This document shows, in pieces, positions 49,592 to 58,976 of a stretch of DNA of 64,000 bases. Where the stretch lies: the IMG/VR virus record IMGVR_UViG_3300043468_001158; one strand, given 5' to 3'. Position 1 is the first letter of the stretch. The number at the start of each line of letters is the position of its first letter. The notes below the pieces were generated by a model. The model had not been told where the DNA came from. It did no database searches and saw only the letters and a list, made by a program, of their open reading frames with translations. The translations under genes and the position numbers were made by a program. The DNA comes from a virus (Duplodnaviria; Caudoviricetes).

Positions 49592-50158
49592 ATGGCTACA
49601 ATATCAGAACATTCTACTGCACCGATTGGCATTTTATACCCAAAGCAATCACGACATTTTTATGTCAAGTTCAATGAGTTTTCTGGAAAATTAACACCAC
49701 CAGAGCTTGAACGATTATCGTCTCAAGTACTTTCAGTAAGTACTTTTGATGCATTTCCAAAATCTGGTGATGGTATTCGAATTGAAATGGAAGACGATAA
49801 AGGTGGATTACTTGATGCGATTTTGGCAAAGATACATAAACAACGTATTGCATTAGATATTGAAGTTCTATTGTTGGATGATGGGAACAACATACTCAAA
49901 ACTATTGATTATGGTAAATGCTATGTTTATGCTGATATGTATAGTGGTTTGACATATGGTGGTGCTGAAGATTACACATCTACGGCTAATGTATCAAGTT
50001 CTCTTCCTGAAATTGATGTTCGAATACTTGAAAAAAGTGAATGGATTCAATTAGCCTATAACTGGCTCAAATCAATTCAACTTTCAAATAGAGTTGGTTC
50101 GTTATCAAATCAATACCCAGCAACAGTTCGTCGTACTCTTTCGTTCAAAAAGATATGA
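49592..50158 (+). CDS. Divergent tail-tube-like (gp19-fold) protein
   Basis: 'GILYPKQSRHF', 'LSSQV', 'IEMEDD', 'LDDGN..LKTI..GKC', 'YSGLTY' echo my recollection of jumbo-phage tail tube motifs. Confidence 0.4.
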   Translation: MATISEHSTAPIGILYPKQSRHFYVKFNEFSGKLTPPELERLSSQVLSVSTFDAFPKSGDGIRIEMEDDKGGLLDAILAKIHKQRIALDIEVLLLDDGNNILKTIDYGKCYVYADMYSGLTYGGAEDYTSTANVSSSLPEIDVRILEKSEWIQLAYNWLKSIQLSNRVGSLSNQYPATVRRTLSFKKI

Positions 50159-50454
50159 GTGACAGCCAACAAGAACTTCTACCATTTGACCAATGGTTCA
50201 ACGAGAATGATGCATCTATCATAGATGCCGATGCGTATCAATGTGCTAAAGCTGCTTGGTATGCAGCTCTTCGTTGGGTAGCTGAAGAGCAACCTGTAAC
50301 TGCATGGCAATGTGAAACTGATGAACGAGTGATTACCGATAAGACTCGTAATAACCCGCTGTTCAAAGCAACTCGTGCAACCTTTAACGTTCCACTTTTT
50401 AGACATCCACATCATGCAACTAAAACCAGACGAAATCTTTCTGAAGACTCTTGA
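50155..50454 (+). CDS. Hypothetical protein
   Basis: ATGA coupling; 'FDQWF...AKAAWYAA' pattern common in small phage proteins. Confidence 0.65.
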   Translation: MSDSQQELLPFDQWFNENDASIIDADAYQCAKAAWYAALRWVAEEQPVTAWQCETDERVITDKTRNNPLFKATRATFNVPLFRHPHHATKTRRNLSEDS

Positions 50455-50647
50455 AAAAGACTGTCCTGCAGTTCTTGATGCTATCAATGCTCAAGGCGAT
50501 TGGCATTTAGCCGATGCTCGAGAATTGTCAATGCAAATTCGAATGGCCCTTCATCAGTGCTATTTATTAGGTCGTTCTGATGAACGAGACCTTTGGACAC
50601 AAGAACTTGCTGATAAGTGGAAGCGTGAATACGACGAACGTAATTAA
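50414..50647 (+). CDS. Hypothetical protein
   Basis: Probable start MQLKPDE at 50414; stop overlaps next start. Confidence 0.6.
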   Translation: MQLKPDEIFLKTLEKDCPAVLDAINAQGDWHLADARELSMQIRMALHQCYLLGRSDERDLWTQELADKWKREYDERN

Positions 50648-51129
50648 TGTCCTCTATAGAGCAGCACTTATCAAATCTTGAACTAACACTCAGCGAACTG
50701 AATGAAGCTTCGCTAAAGAAGTCTTATCGCCGTTTGGCAATGAAGTATCATCCTGATAGAACAAAAGGGGATGATACTTGGTTCAAACGTATCAAAGCTT
50801 CTTACGAATGGTTAGATGCAAATCTTGAGGTTGTATTGAACCCACCACCTAAAACAGAACCTTCCTCTGGTCAGGTGTATTGGTCTTCCTTTAGTGATAA
50901 GCCAAATCCAATGAAGCAACAAAGGTCATCGGCTCAACAATCTTATGGCCCAAAAAAGCCATATGTCTATCCGCAGAATATTCCAAAGTGGAACGGGATG
51001 TCATCATTAGACAGTGATTGGGAAGTTGCCCGATTTGAAAAGAAGAGCGATGATTTCATAGGTTCTGAATTTTCCGGTGATTATGTTAAGAAGAAGAAAC
51101 CCACTCAAACAAAAGATAATGATAGATGA
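50647..51129 (+). CDS. J-domain protein (type C)
   Basis: 'LKKSYRRLAMKYHPDR...FKRIKASYEWL' HPD motif; disordered C-terminal tail. Confidence 0.9.
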   Translation: MSSIEQHLSNLELTLSELNEASLKKSYRRLAMKYHPDRTKGDDTWFKRIKASYEWLDANLEVVLNPPPKTEPSSGQVYWSSFSDKPNPMKQQRSSAQQSYGPKKPYVYPQNIPKWNGMSSLDSDWEVARFEKKSDDFIGSEFSGDYVKKKKPTQTKDNDR

Positions 51130-51944
51130 ATAGACAAGAAGCATTTCAACATTTAGGCATTCCACCAACTGCATCTGAAGCTGAAGTCAAGAAAGCTTAT
51201 CGTAAGATGGCAGCAAAGCATCATCCTGACAAAGGTGGTAAAGAAGAAGACTTCAAACGTATCAAAGAAGCTTATGAATTGATTAGTGACCCTGCGAAGT
51301 TTTCAACTCGAAGTGGAGGAGGCGGGGGAACTCATTCAACCCATGGAACTTATACCCAGTCTGATTTAGAAGAGATGCTTCGTAAGGCTCGTGAACGAAT
51401 GAGTGGAAGCAATTCAAAAGTCTATCATGATTTCTTCAATTACGAACAGCCTAAACAACAATCATCGGCCTCTCAAATCAATGCAAAGATTAGCATCACT
51501 CTTGAAGAAGCTTTTGAGGGAGTTACAAAGCGAGTCAATATTCCCGGACTTGACCATCAAATCATTGCAAATGCTACACCTGGAACGAAAGATGGTGATA
51601 TAATACATGTAGCTCTTGACAACATGGTTAGAGTACATCTAATGATTGTTGTCAAGCCTCATGAGGTCTTTGAACTTGATGGCATCAATCTAAAAGTGAC
51701 AATGAACGGTCCAATGATTGACTTCTATACTGGAGCATCTTTGACTGTTCCAACGATTGAAGGTGGAAAGCTCAATGTCAAACTTCCACCAAACTCATTG
51801 GGCGAAACGACTTTACGTATCAAGGGGAAAGGCTTTATTGATAAAGTGTCTAAACAAAGAGGGAATCTATACGTAATCATCAAACCTGATTTACCACCAC
51901 TAACTGAAGAACAAATCGACAAACTGAAGGAAATACTCATATGA
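51126..51944 (+). CDS. dnaJ: DnaJ/CbpA-like co-chaperone
   Basis: J domain 'KKAYRKMAAKHHPDKGG', G-rich linker, C-terminal 'ISITLEEAFEG', 'VPTIEG', 'LRIKGKG', 'GNLYV'. Confidence 0.9.
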   Translation: MNRQEAFQHLGIPPTASEAEVKKAYRKMAAKHHPDKGGKEEDFKRIKEAYELISDPAKFSTRSGGGGGTHSTHGTYTQSDLEEMLRKARERMSGSNSKVYHDFFNYEQPKQQSSASQINAKISITLEEAFEGVTKRVNIPGLDHQIIANATPGTKDGDIIHVALDNMVRVHLMIVVKPHEVFELDGINLKVTMNGPMIDFYTGASLTVPTIEGGKLNVKLPPNSLGETTLRIKGKGFIDKVSKQRGNLYVIIKPDLPPLTEEQIDKLKEILI

Positions 51945-52402
51945 AACCAAATCCATTAGCACAAGATATCTTATCAGCTATTGAAGCTAACCTACCATCA
52001 CTTGCTGCATCACAACTCAAAGAAGTGCTCAACAAAGCATCTGAAGATGCTGAAAATAGAGCTTGGTTAGAAACTGAATTGAAGAAAGAGATTGCACAGG
52101 CCAAGTCTCTTCAACAAGAAGTTTATCAACTCAAAACTCAAGTTGAATATCTAGAAGCTAAAGCTGAACGAGTTGAAGAACTTGAAAAAGAACTACGTGA
52201 AAAGCTTCAAACGATTGAAATTGACAAAATGACAATCAAACTTGATGCAGCAAATCAACGCTGCATGGTCGTAGAGCAATTAGTTGGTAAAGTCTTTGGA
52301 CATCCATATGTTACGGTTGGTAAGACGTCTAATGGCCAGCATCCTGGTGGAGTCTATTTCAACAATACTGAAACTGTTTCTACTACTGAGACGAAAGTGT
52401 GA
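51941..52402 (+). CDS. Coiled-coil hypothetical protein
   Basis: Heptad-rich E/K/L segment; ATGA coupling. Confidence 0.75.
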   Translation: MKPNPLAQDILSAIEANLPSLAASQLKEVLNKASEDAENRAWLETELKKEIAQAKSLQQEVYQLKTQVEYLEAKAERVEELEKELREKLQTIEIDKMTIKLDAANQRCMVVEQLVGKVFGHPYVTVGKTSNGQHPGGVYFNNTETVSTTETKV

Positions 52403-52486
52403 TATAATATCACTTTATCTAATCTGATGACATACACATACGAGGACTAATCATATGAATCAACACTAAAATAGGAAATACTCAAT

Positions 52487-52894
52487 ATGAGCACAAATCA
52501 TTACCAAGACATTCTGGATTTTCACAACAAATTTGGAGTGCCTCTTGCTCCAACTCATACTCTTCTTGAAGGTGAAGCTTTAGAGTTTCGTCTAAACTTC
52601 TTACAAGAAGAACTTGATGAATTACGTAAAGCACATGATGAAGGTAATCTTGATGATGCAGTTGACGCATTGATTGACCTTGAAGTTGTGCTGCTCGGAA
52701 CTGCTCAATTTATGGGTATTTCACCTGAAGCTTACGAAGAACATTGGGAAGAAGTTCATACTGCTAACATGGCAAAAGAACGTTGTACTGATGCTTCACA
52801 ATCAAAACGTGGAACGTCTTTAGATATTCGCAAGCCTGCTGGGTGGGTGAAACCTTCTCATACGCCAATCATTGAAAAATACAAAGCTGAATAA
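52487..52894 (+). CDS. MazG-like all-alpha NTP pyrophosphohydrolase (PRA-PH/DR2231-type)
   Basis: 'DFHNKFG', 'LQEELDEL', 'VDALIDL', 'EVHTANMAK', 'KPAGW'. Confidence 0.85.
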   Translation: MSTNHYQDILDFHNKFGVPLAPTHTLLEGEALEFRLNFLQEELDELRKAHDEGNLDDAVDALIDLEVVLLGTAQFMGISPEAYEEHWEEVHTANMAKERCTDASQSKRGTSLDIRKPAGWVKPSHTPIIEKYKAE

Positions 52895-52909
52895 TGAGGT
52901 TATAAACCT

Positions 52910-53200
52910 ATGAATGCCATTCCTTATGCCGGTGATGAGCCTGATGTCTTTGAAGAACCAGATGCTCTTCAACCTACTTCCGGTTTTGAACCTTCAATTC
53001 CTTGGCCTGATCCGACTCCAGAACAATTGAATGCATTATGGTTCAATCGTATTTGGGATGCTATCAAGACTTGGGATATCAATGTGCCGGGAGCTTATGA
53101 GGGCTATTGTGGTGCAACAGGTAATCATGTTGTGCATATTCTAAATGCAATTACAGCTGATCATCAAAAGTATTTCAATGAACACGAACAGTGGAAATAA
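52910..53200 (+). CDS. Hypothetical protein
   Basis: GAGG RBS; 96 aa. Confidence 0.7.
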   Translation: MNAIPYAGDEPDVFEEPDALQPTSGFEPSIPWPDPTPEQLNALWFNRIWDAIKTWDINVPGAYEGYCGATGNHVVHILNAITADHQKYFNEHEQWK

Positions 53201-53967
53201 TGAAGACTAAACACTTCCGCTTTGAAAAGATGAATGCTCGAGTTAGTCGATGGATAGAAGTAACGTTGAATTCTGGAACTCCAGATAGTGACTACAATAC
53301 TTCGCCATACATAACCTTTCGAGCATTTGATTATGTGTTTGAGATAAGCAGATTGCCAAGCTGGCTTTTACAACCATATGAAGAATGGGTGAATGTCTCA
53401 TATCCTGGTTGCGAACCAGGAAGAGGCTATACTCAATGTGATGAACGTTCTTATGGGTTTTCAATCTTTGACGACCATTTCAATCTTCGTTATGGTCGTA
53501 TGTCGGATTCATCTGTTCTTGAACAACGTATAGGTTTTACCTTACCATGGCTTGATGAAGAGCTTGTTCGCATTACACTGCTCAATCCTGACTATACGAC
53601 AATTCAAACTAATCTAGTTGGCTGGTCATTTCCCCAACGTGAAGAGTTTGAAAAGCAAGTGCCTAAAATGATTTACACTTTCACTGATGCGGATGGTTCT
53701 GAAAATCGAGCAGTGTGTTATATGGAAGAACGTGAATGGCGAAAAGGTAGAAGTAAATTGTGGAAGTGGTTACGACTGTTCAATAAGCCAAATGTTCAAA
53801 GATATCTTGATGTTGAATTTGACCGAGAAGCTGGCAAGGAACAAGGCTCTTACAAAGGTGGAGTATGTTCGTTATGCACCCCAATAGAAAGTCTAACAAC
53901 TCCACTTGATACATTCAAGAAGTGGGCGGAAAAAGAAAGAATCACTAACATACAACGAGTTCAATAA
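53200..53967 (+). CDS. Hypothetical protein
   Basis: TAATG coupling to upstream stop. Confidence 0.75.
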   Translation: MKTKHFRFEKMNARVSRWIEVTLNSGTPDSDYNTSPYITFRAFDYVFEISRLPSWLLQPYEEWVNVSYPGCEPGRGYTQCDERSYGFSIFDDHFNLRYGRMSDSSVLEQRIGFTLPWLDEELVRITLLNPDYTTIQTNLVGWSFPQREEFEKQVPKMIYTFTDADGSENRAVCYMEEREWRKGRSKLWKWLRLFNKPNVQRYLDVEFDREAGKEQGSYKGGVCSLCTPIESLTTPLDTFKKWAEKERITNIQRVQ

Positions 53968-54851
53968 TGACATACATACTAAAAGAATATGACGACGCAC
54001 TTGCTTCCATTTACAATACTGGTTGGGAAATGCCAGTTGAAAGAACAGGTAAAGGATGTCGTGTCAAGTTAGGTATTACTACACGTTATGACATTAGCAA
54101 ACAGTTTCCAGTATTGTCATATCGAAAGATGGCTTGGAAATCATTTGTCAAAGAAGTCCTGTGGTACATTTCAGGTAGCGATAACATTCACGACCTTGAA
54201 AAGATGGGTTGCAATGTTTGGACTCCTTGGATAAATGATGAATTTACTCAAAGAGCTGGATTGAAACAAGGTTCAATAGGTTTTGGTTATGGACCTAACC
54301 TGATTCATTATGGTGCAGAGTTTAGCAGTATTCATCCACTTCGTGGCGGATTCAATCAATTGGACTACGTCATCAATACCCTCAAAACTAGCCCAGGCTC
54401 AAGACAGGCAATGTTTGTGATGTGGCGACCTGACAGGTTCAATCAAGTCTTATTACCGGCTTGTCATTTTGCTTATCACTTTATGGTCTCTCCAAATGAA
54501 GCCGGCGAAATGAAAGTTTTGAACTGCGAAATCTTTCAACGCTCTGCAGATTATCCTATTGGTGTTCCTGCCAACATCTTTATGGGTGCAGTCTTTACCT
54601 ATTTGATTGCTCAACAATTGGATATGGTTCCAGGCGAGTTGATTCATTCTGCTTCTCATGCTCATATCTACCATAATGCTTTGAAAGAAACAGAAGAATA
54701 TCTTTTTGATAGAGTTGAAAACTTGATTGCATTTGAGTCACCAGTCATGGTCATAAATAAACGTGATAGCATCTATGATTATACTATAGATGACTTCACT
54801 TTAGAAGGATATGAATCCTATGACAAAATCAACTTCCCTATTGCAGTCTAA
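53967..54851 (+). CDS. thyA: Thymidylate synthase
   Basis: 'ERTGKG', 'KEVLWYISG', 'LPACH' catalytic Cys, 'QRSAD...GVPANI' (Asn = dUMP specificity), 'HAHIY'. Confidence 0.95.
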   Translation: MTYILKEYDDALASIYNTGWEMPVERTGKGCRVKLGITTRYDISKQFPVLSYRKMAWKSFVKEVLWYISGSDNIHDLEKMGCNVWTPWINDEFTQRAGLKQGSIGFGYGPNLIHYGAEFSSIHPLRGGFNQLDYVINTLKTSPGSRQAMFVMWRPDRFNQVLLPACHFAYHFMVSPNEAGEMKVLNCEIFQRSADYPIGVPANIFMGAVFTYLIAQQLDMVPGELIHSASHAHIYHNALKETEEYLFDRVENLIAFESPVMVINKRDSIYDYTIDDFTLEGYESYDKINFPIAV

Positions 54852-54853
54852 TA

Positions 54854-55243
54854 ATGAATACTAGAATCAAAGCTCAAACTCCACTCACACATGCAATCAT
54901 TAATTCAATGGTTCGTAAGATTGACTATTGGCTTAATCAGTTGAATGATAACAATGATGAACCATTTACTTTCTTTGAATCTGAAAACTTTATCTGGGAT
55001 GTATCTGATACTGATGTTGTTCCAGGTTTGACAATCAATCATCCTGATGGTATTGTCAAGATTTGGTGGTCCCACGATACTGATGAACAATCTGCTCAGT
55101 TCTATACGAACATTGATAAATCAGCTGAACAAGATTTGACATATTACATTTCACTTGAACAATTGGTTCTTAAAGACATTAAAGTTCTAGAAGAAACACT
55201 AATCAAACAAATCCAATTGTCATTTGCTCAAGAAGCAGAATAA
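54854..55243 (+). CDS. Hypothetical acidic protein
   Basis: 129 aa ORF directly after thyA. Confidence 0.7.
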   Translation: MNTRIKAQTPLTHAIINSMVRKIDYWLNQLNDNNDEPFTFFESENFIWDVSDTDVVPGLTINHPDGIVKIWWSHDTDEQSAQFYTNIDKSAEQDLTYYISLEQLVLKDIKVLEETLIKQIQLSFAQEAE

Positions 55244-55260
55244 CCTCCCCCTCCTTATAA

Positions 55261-55294
55261 ATCTAGCAAGATAGGAAATGTCTTGCTAGATTTT
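55261..55294 (+). terminator. Intrinsic terminator ending early/middle block
   Basis: atctagcaaga / tcttgctagat stem followed by ttt. Confidence 0.75.
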
Positions 55295-55317
55295 ACTCTA
55301 TAAGTTTTTGAAAAAGT

Positions 55318-55326
55318 CATAAATAG
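55318..55326 (+). promoter_or_regulatory. Late-promoter variant CATAAATAG
   Basis: One mismatch to TATAAATA, upstream of ORF 55375. Confidence 0.6.
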
Positions 55327-55374
55327 ATTTTACATTATAAGTAATCTACACAAACATTTCAATATCAACTTTAT

Positions 55375-56838
55375 ATGAGTATATCGTTCAAATCATTCTT
55401 ACTAGAAACTCAATTCGATACATCCGAGCTTATTGAAAAGACTGCTCGTTCAGGAGAATATGATTCTAAGTGGCGAACCTATATCCTAAAAAAGCTTATC
55501 AATAAACATGAACCTCTTGAATTGAAAGATGGGACAAAGATTGTTATTGATACTGAAAATGCATTAGTCAAACATTTATTAGCTCTTATTCCAGATAAAA
55601 ATGAAAAGCTTATTGGAGATAAAGCCAATGAGCTAAAAGACTTTCTCAAGAAAGAAAAACCATTCGTTGATAAAAGTGGAACTGCATATAAGTTATCAGA
55701 TATCAAAAAGTCTGAAGCATTTGGTGGTGGCACTAAAGGTTCAGGTGGTGGAGCAGCTGATACTGAAAAGAATGAAAGCTTACAATGCGTTGCTCTTGCA
55801 TTACGTCAGAATAAAAACAAAAAAATTGACATTGATGATTTCAATGAAGATGATATCAAAGAATCTGATAAGTATTTCGATATTTCATTTACTTATAGTA
55901 ATCCTCAAGAATTAGCAGATGAATTAGTTTCAAATGAAACGTGGTCTAAAGTGTATGTCAATACTGCAAATAAACTATTTTCTTATTTGAAACTAGATGA
56001 AACTCTAAACTTTTATAGAGGTAATTCATGGGTTAAATCTTTATATGATTTAGCTAAGAAACTTGATAAGAATGACAATTCTACTTTTTCTAACTTTAAC
56101 AAATGGAATCCTGCAGATATATGGTTAGTAAAAGATTCTATCAAAGTTCCCCATGATATGACATCTTTATTAGAACTCAATCAATGGCTTATTGATAAGT
56201 TCAAAGACCGCACAGTAATCGGAGTATCACTGAAAAAAACCGAAGATGCTTCCGTCAAAGAAATCAATCTTGATAATGCAATTGAAGATATTGCTAAGAT
56301 TGATGGTATTAAGTTTATGATTGAATCTCGAAATGATATCTTTAGAGCTAAAGATGCTTATATAGTTTTTGATGAAGATAAACTTCAATTAAGAACTGAC
56401 CAAAAAGATAAACCTGTCAATATTCAAGGTGAAATAAAAGGAACTAAAGCGGCTCACGGAAAAATCGGATTTGGAAACATTCAAAAGATTCTAAAAAATC
56501 TAAATCTATCTCAATTAGAATCTGCTGCAGAACTAAAAAGTTTGATAGATAATTCAACTCTTGATAAAAAGAAACGTTATATCAAATTGATTCCAAAGAT
56601 GACACAATATGTCAAGAGTATTTCAAATCATTATTCAATCGATTATATTGAAGAACAATTTTTAGCAAGTAAAAATACTGAAAGCGATGGTTGGGTTATT
56701 TCAAAACTTCAAGCAGTTCAGCTAATAAGTATATTGAAAAAAGAATCAGAACAAACTCAAATCGATTTTGTTCTAAATGCTATTACTATTGCAGCAAGCA
56801 AAAGTGATTTATCTTCCGTTTATGCTAAAGTAAGTTAG
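55375..56838 (+). CDS. Late protein with PD-(D/E)XK-like nuclease motifs
   Basis: 'TEKNES' helix, 'KWNPADIW', 'IGVSLKK'; N-terminal MSISFKSFLLE leader. Confidence 0.55.
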   Translation: MSISFKSFLLETQFDTSELIEKTARSGEYDSKWRTYILKKLINKHEPLELKDGTKIVIDTENALVKHLLALIPDKNEKLIGDKANELKDFLKKEKPFVDKSGTAYKLSDIKKSEAFGGGTKGSGGGAADTEKNESLQCVALALRQNKNKKIDIDDFNEDDIKESDKYFDISFTYSNPQELADELVSNETWSKVYVNTANKLFSYLKLDETLNFYRGNSWVKSLYDLAKKLDKNDNSTFSNFNKWNPADIWLVKDSIKVPHDMTSLLELNQWLIDKFKDRTVIGVSLKKTEDASVKEINLDNAIEDIAKIDGIKFMIESRNDIFRAKDAYIVFDEDKLQLRTDQKDKPVNIQGEIKGTKAAHGKIGFGNIQKILKNLNLSQLESAAELKSLIDNSTLDKKKRYIKLIPKMTQYVKSISNHYSIDYIEEQFLASKNTESDGWVISKLQAVQLISILKKESEQTQIDFVLNAITIAASKSDLSSVYAKVS

Positions 56839-56851
56839 GGAAAACAATAAT

Positions 56852-57283
56852 ATGCCAAACTCAGTCGTTAAGTCTTTTGCCAAACGTGCAAATAAATCAG
56901 AATCTGAAGTAGAAAAACTTTGGAAAGAAACCGAAGAAGAAGTCAAAGATAAGTTCAAGTTCAAAACTTCTGCATATTGGGCTTATGTAAATAAAACAGT
57001 TCAACATAAGTTAGGTTTAGCAAAAGAATCGCTTTCATTTAGAGACTATTGTTCTATTATTTTGAATGAAGATAAAAAAGAACCCTTTAAAATTGGACAA
57101 GTTGTAAAACTCTGTAAAGCAATAAAAGATATTCCCGATGCAACCATTGGAGAAACTTTTTCTATTATCGATATAGATGAAAAGTCAGGAGATATCAAAA
57201 TATCAAATGCCTTTGGACCAGAATATCAAGATACGTATTTCAAAAAAGATTATTTTACTACAATTGAGGCAAAAGATAAATAA
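56852..57283 (+). CDS. Hypothetical late protein
   Basis: 143 aa; basic helical N-terminus, internal 'LSFRDY...LNE' leader-like motif. Confidence 0.7.
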   Translation: MPNSVVKSFAKRANKSESEVEKLWKETEEEVKDKFKFKTSAYWAYVNKTVQHKLGLAKESLSFRDYCSIILNEDKKEPFKIGQVVKLCKAIKDIPDATIGETFSIIDIDEKSGDIKISNAFGPEYQDTYFKKDYFTTIEAKDK

Positions 57284-57489
57284 TGAAAAAGGAAACACCT
57301 AGCGATTTCGCTGCAAAATCGATTCGTAAAGATTTTTCTGCGAAAAAGAAAGGAAACGGGAATAAAGATTCCGTTGTTTTTGAAGATAAGCGTCCTGGTT
57401 CAGAACCATACAAAAAACCTAAGACGCATTTCAAACATTATCTTGAAGAACATTTAGATGATGAAGATGAATCTTTAGATTACTTATAA
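57283..57489 (+). CDS. Small basic/acidic hypothetical protein
   Basis: TAATG coupling; 68 aa. Confidence 0.7.
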   Translation: MKKETPSDFAAKSIRKDFSAKKKGNGNKDSVVFEDKRPGSEPYKKPKTHFKHYLEEHLDDEDESLDYL

Positions 57490-57513
57490 ATCAATAAAGG
57501 GAGAAAGTTTGAT

Positions 57514-58044
57514 ATGTTAGTCGTTCCAATAAAGGGAGATATCATAACGACAGAAGATGGTGATGAATTTACCGTTGCAGGATTTACAAACTTTAGAGAT
57601 AAAGGTCCGGCAGTTTATGTAAAGAGTAATCCTGATTCAGAATCTAAATCTACTTTACCTATTTACTTTTTTGATATCAAAAATCTAAACGGTATCAAAG
57701 TAGAGTTCAACAATTCTTCTAAAGTATTGAATGCTCTTGGGATGTTGAAGAGAAAGCTTCATTTACCCCAAAAAGATGATTACATCATTATTGAAATTGA
57801 CGATGATGACAAAGAAGAAGATACGGATACATCAACTAAAAAGGTAAAGGTAAAAGAACTTAAACTTCACAATAAAAACATTGGCTTATCGCGAGGATTA
57901 GTTATACTTGGAGATGATGCGGTCATCTATTCCCTTGAAAGTATAAATAGGATAAAGCGTTCTCATGGTGATAGCTTTTTTGACAAAAGTCAATTCCTAA
58001 AACTTTATAAAGACTATCTTGGATACAATGGCAAACATAAATAA
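57514..58044 (+). CDS. Hypothetical protein
   Basis: GGGAG RBS; 176 aa. Confidence 0.75.
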   Translation: MLVVPIKGDIITTEDGDEFTVAGFTNFRDKGPAVYVKSNPDSESKSTLPIYFFDIKNLNGIKVEFNNSSKVLNALGMLKRKLHLPQKDDYIIIEIDDDDKEEDTDTSTKKVKVKELKLHNKNIGLSRGLVILGDDAVIYSLESINRIKRSHGDSFFDKSQFLKLYKDYLGYNGKHK

Positions 58045-58261
58045 TAACGATTTTTTTGCTCAGCTAATTGAAAGTTCTTCTAAGACAAGATATCAAGAGT
58101 TTATCGCTGAAATGGGAATTGAGAAAGTAAAAGTTCTAATACCAGTCAGCAAAGCAAAAGACTTCGAAAAAGAAGCTATTACTGAAGCTCCGTCTTTCAT
58201 TAAAGAACTGAAAGCAATTGTTCAAAAGTATGATGGTATTCTAAGCGAAGAGGCAATCTAA
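58019..58261 (+). CDS. Hypothetical protein containing 'YQEFIAE'
   Basis: Start probably MANIN (58028); internal match to the T4 IP capsid-targeting sequence. Confidence 0.7.
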   Translation: MDTMANINNNDFFAQLIESSSKTRYQEFIAEMGIEKVKVLIPVSKAKDFEKEAITEAPSFIKELKAIVQKYDGILSEEAI

Positions 58262-58264
58262 ACT

Positions 58265-58924
58265 ATGACTCAATTATACACTAATAATGCCTTATCATTA
58301 TTAGAAAATTCGCTTACGTCGTCAGGGCTAGAAATACATGTTATTCCTGGGGACGGGGTATTATACCCCCAACCGACCAATCCTGGTGACTTCTTTCTTG
58401 TTACTTTAGAAGACCCTCATAATGCAGGTCAAACTGAGATTGTCAAAATCATTCAGCGAATTGGTGACGCTCTTTACATTGACCCGATTTTTGGCAGAGG
58501 TTTTGATGATACGACTGCTAGAGCTTGGGCTCCTGATGTTCTAGTCGATCATCGCATTACTGCTTATACTCTTCGCAAGATTGAACAAGTCAAAGGAGCA
58601 GTTACTAATCCTGACGACCCTAACATTGTTCAATCAAATCAATCGCTAATAAGTGATACGTATGAAGTCGTATTTCCAAACAATCTTTCATGTAAATGGA
58701 TTGTCACTGTTCTTCATGAACCTACGGGTCGTATTTCAATTGCTGAAGTTCTTGCTGCATACCGACCTGCTCCACTTACTCCATCATATACTGTCTATGC
58801 AAAGACTGGAGATAATCTCAAATATACGATGAGTGTAGTTTCAAGTGGTTCTGAAATGAGATTGGTTGTAAATAATACAGATACTGTCGATTTTCGCATA
58901 AATTGCATAAGATTGAACTATTGA
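58265..58924 (+). CDS. Virion structural protein with tail-fibre-type N-terminal domain
   Basis: 'YTNNALSLL...GDGVLYP...FLVTLED...EIVKI...RGFDDTTARAW' head domain seen on phage tail proteins. Confidence 0.6.
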   Translation: MTQLYTNNALSLLENSLTSSGLEIHVIPGDGVLYPQPTNPGDFFLVTLEDPHNAGQTEIVKIIQRIGDALYIDPIFGRGFDDTTARAWAPDVLVDHRITAYTLRKIEQVKGAVTNPDDPNIVQSNQSLISDTYEVVFPNNLSCKWIVTVLHEPTGRISIAEVLAAYRPAPLTPSYTVYAKTGDNLKYTMSVVSSGSEMRLVVNNTDTVDFRINCIRLNY

Positions 58925-58976
58925 GAATAAATACAGAATAATTATCTAACTAAATCTATTACAAGGAGTAATAACA

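Noticed and set aside
53967-54851. Group I intron in thyA, or intein in topoisomerase/helicase
   Set aside because: All are continuous, normal-length ORFs
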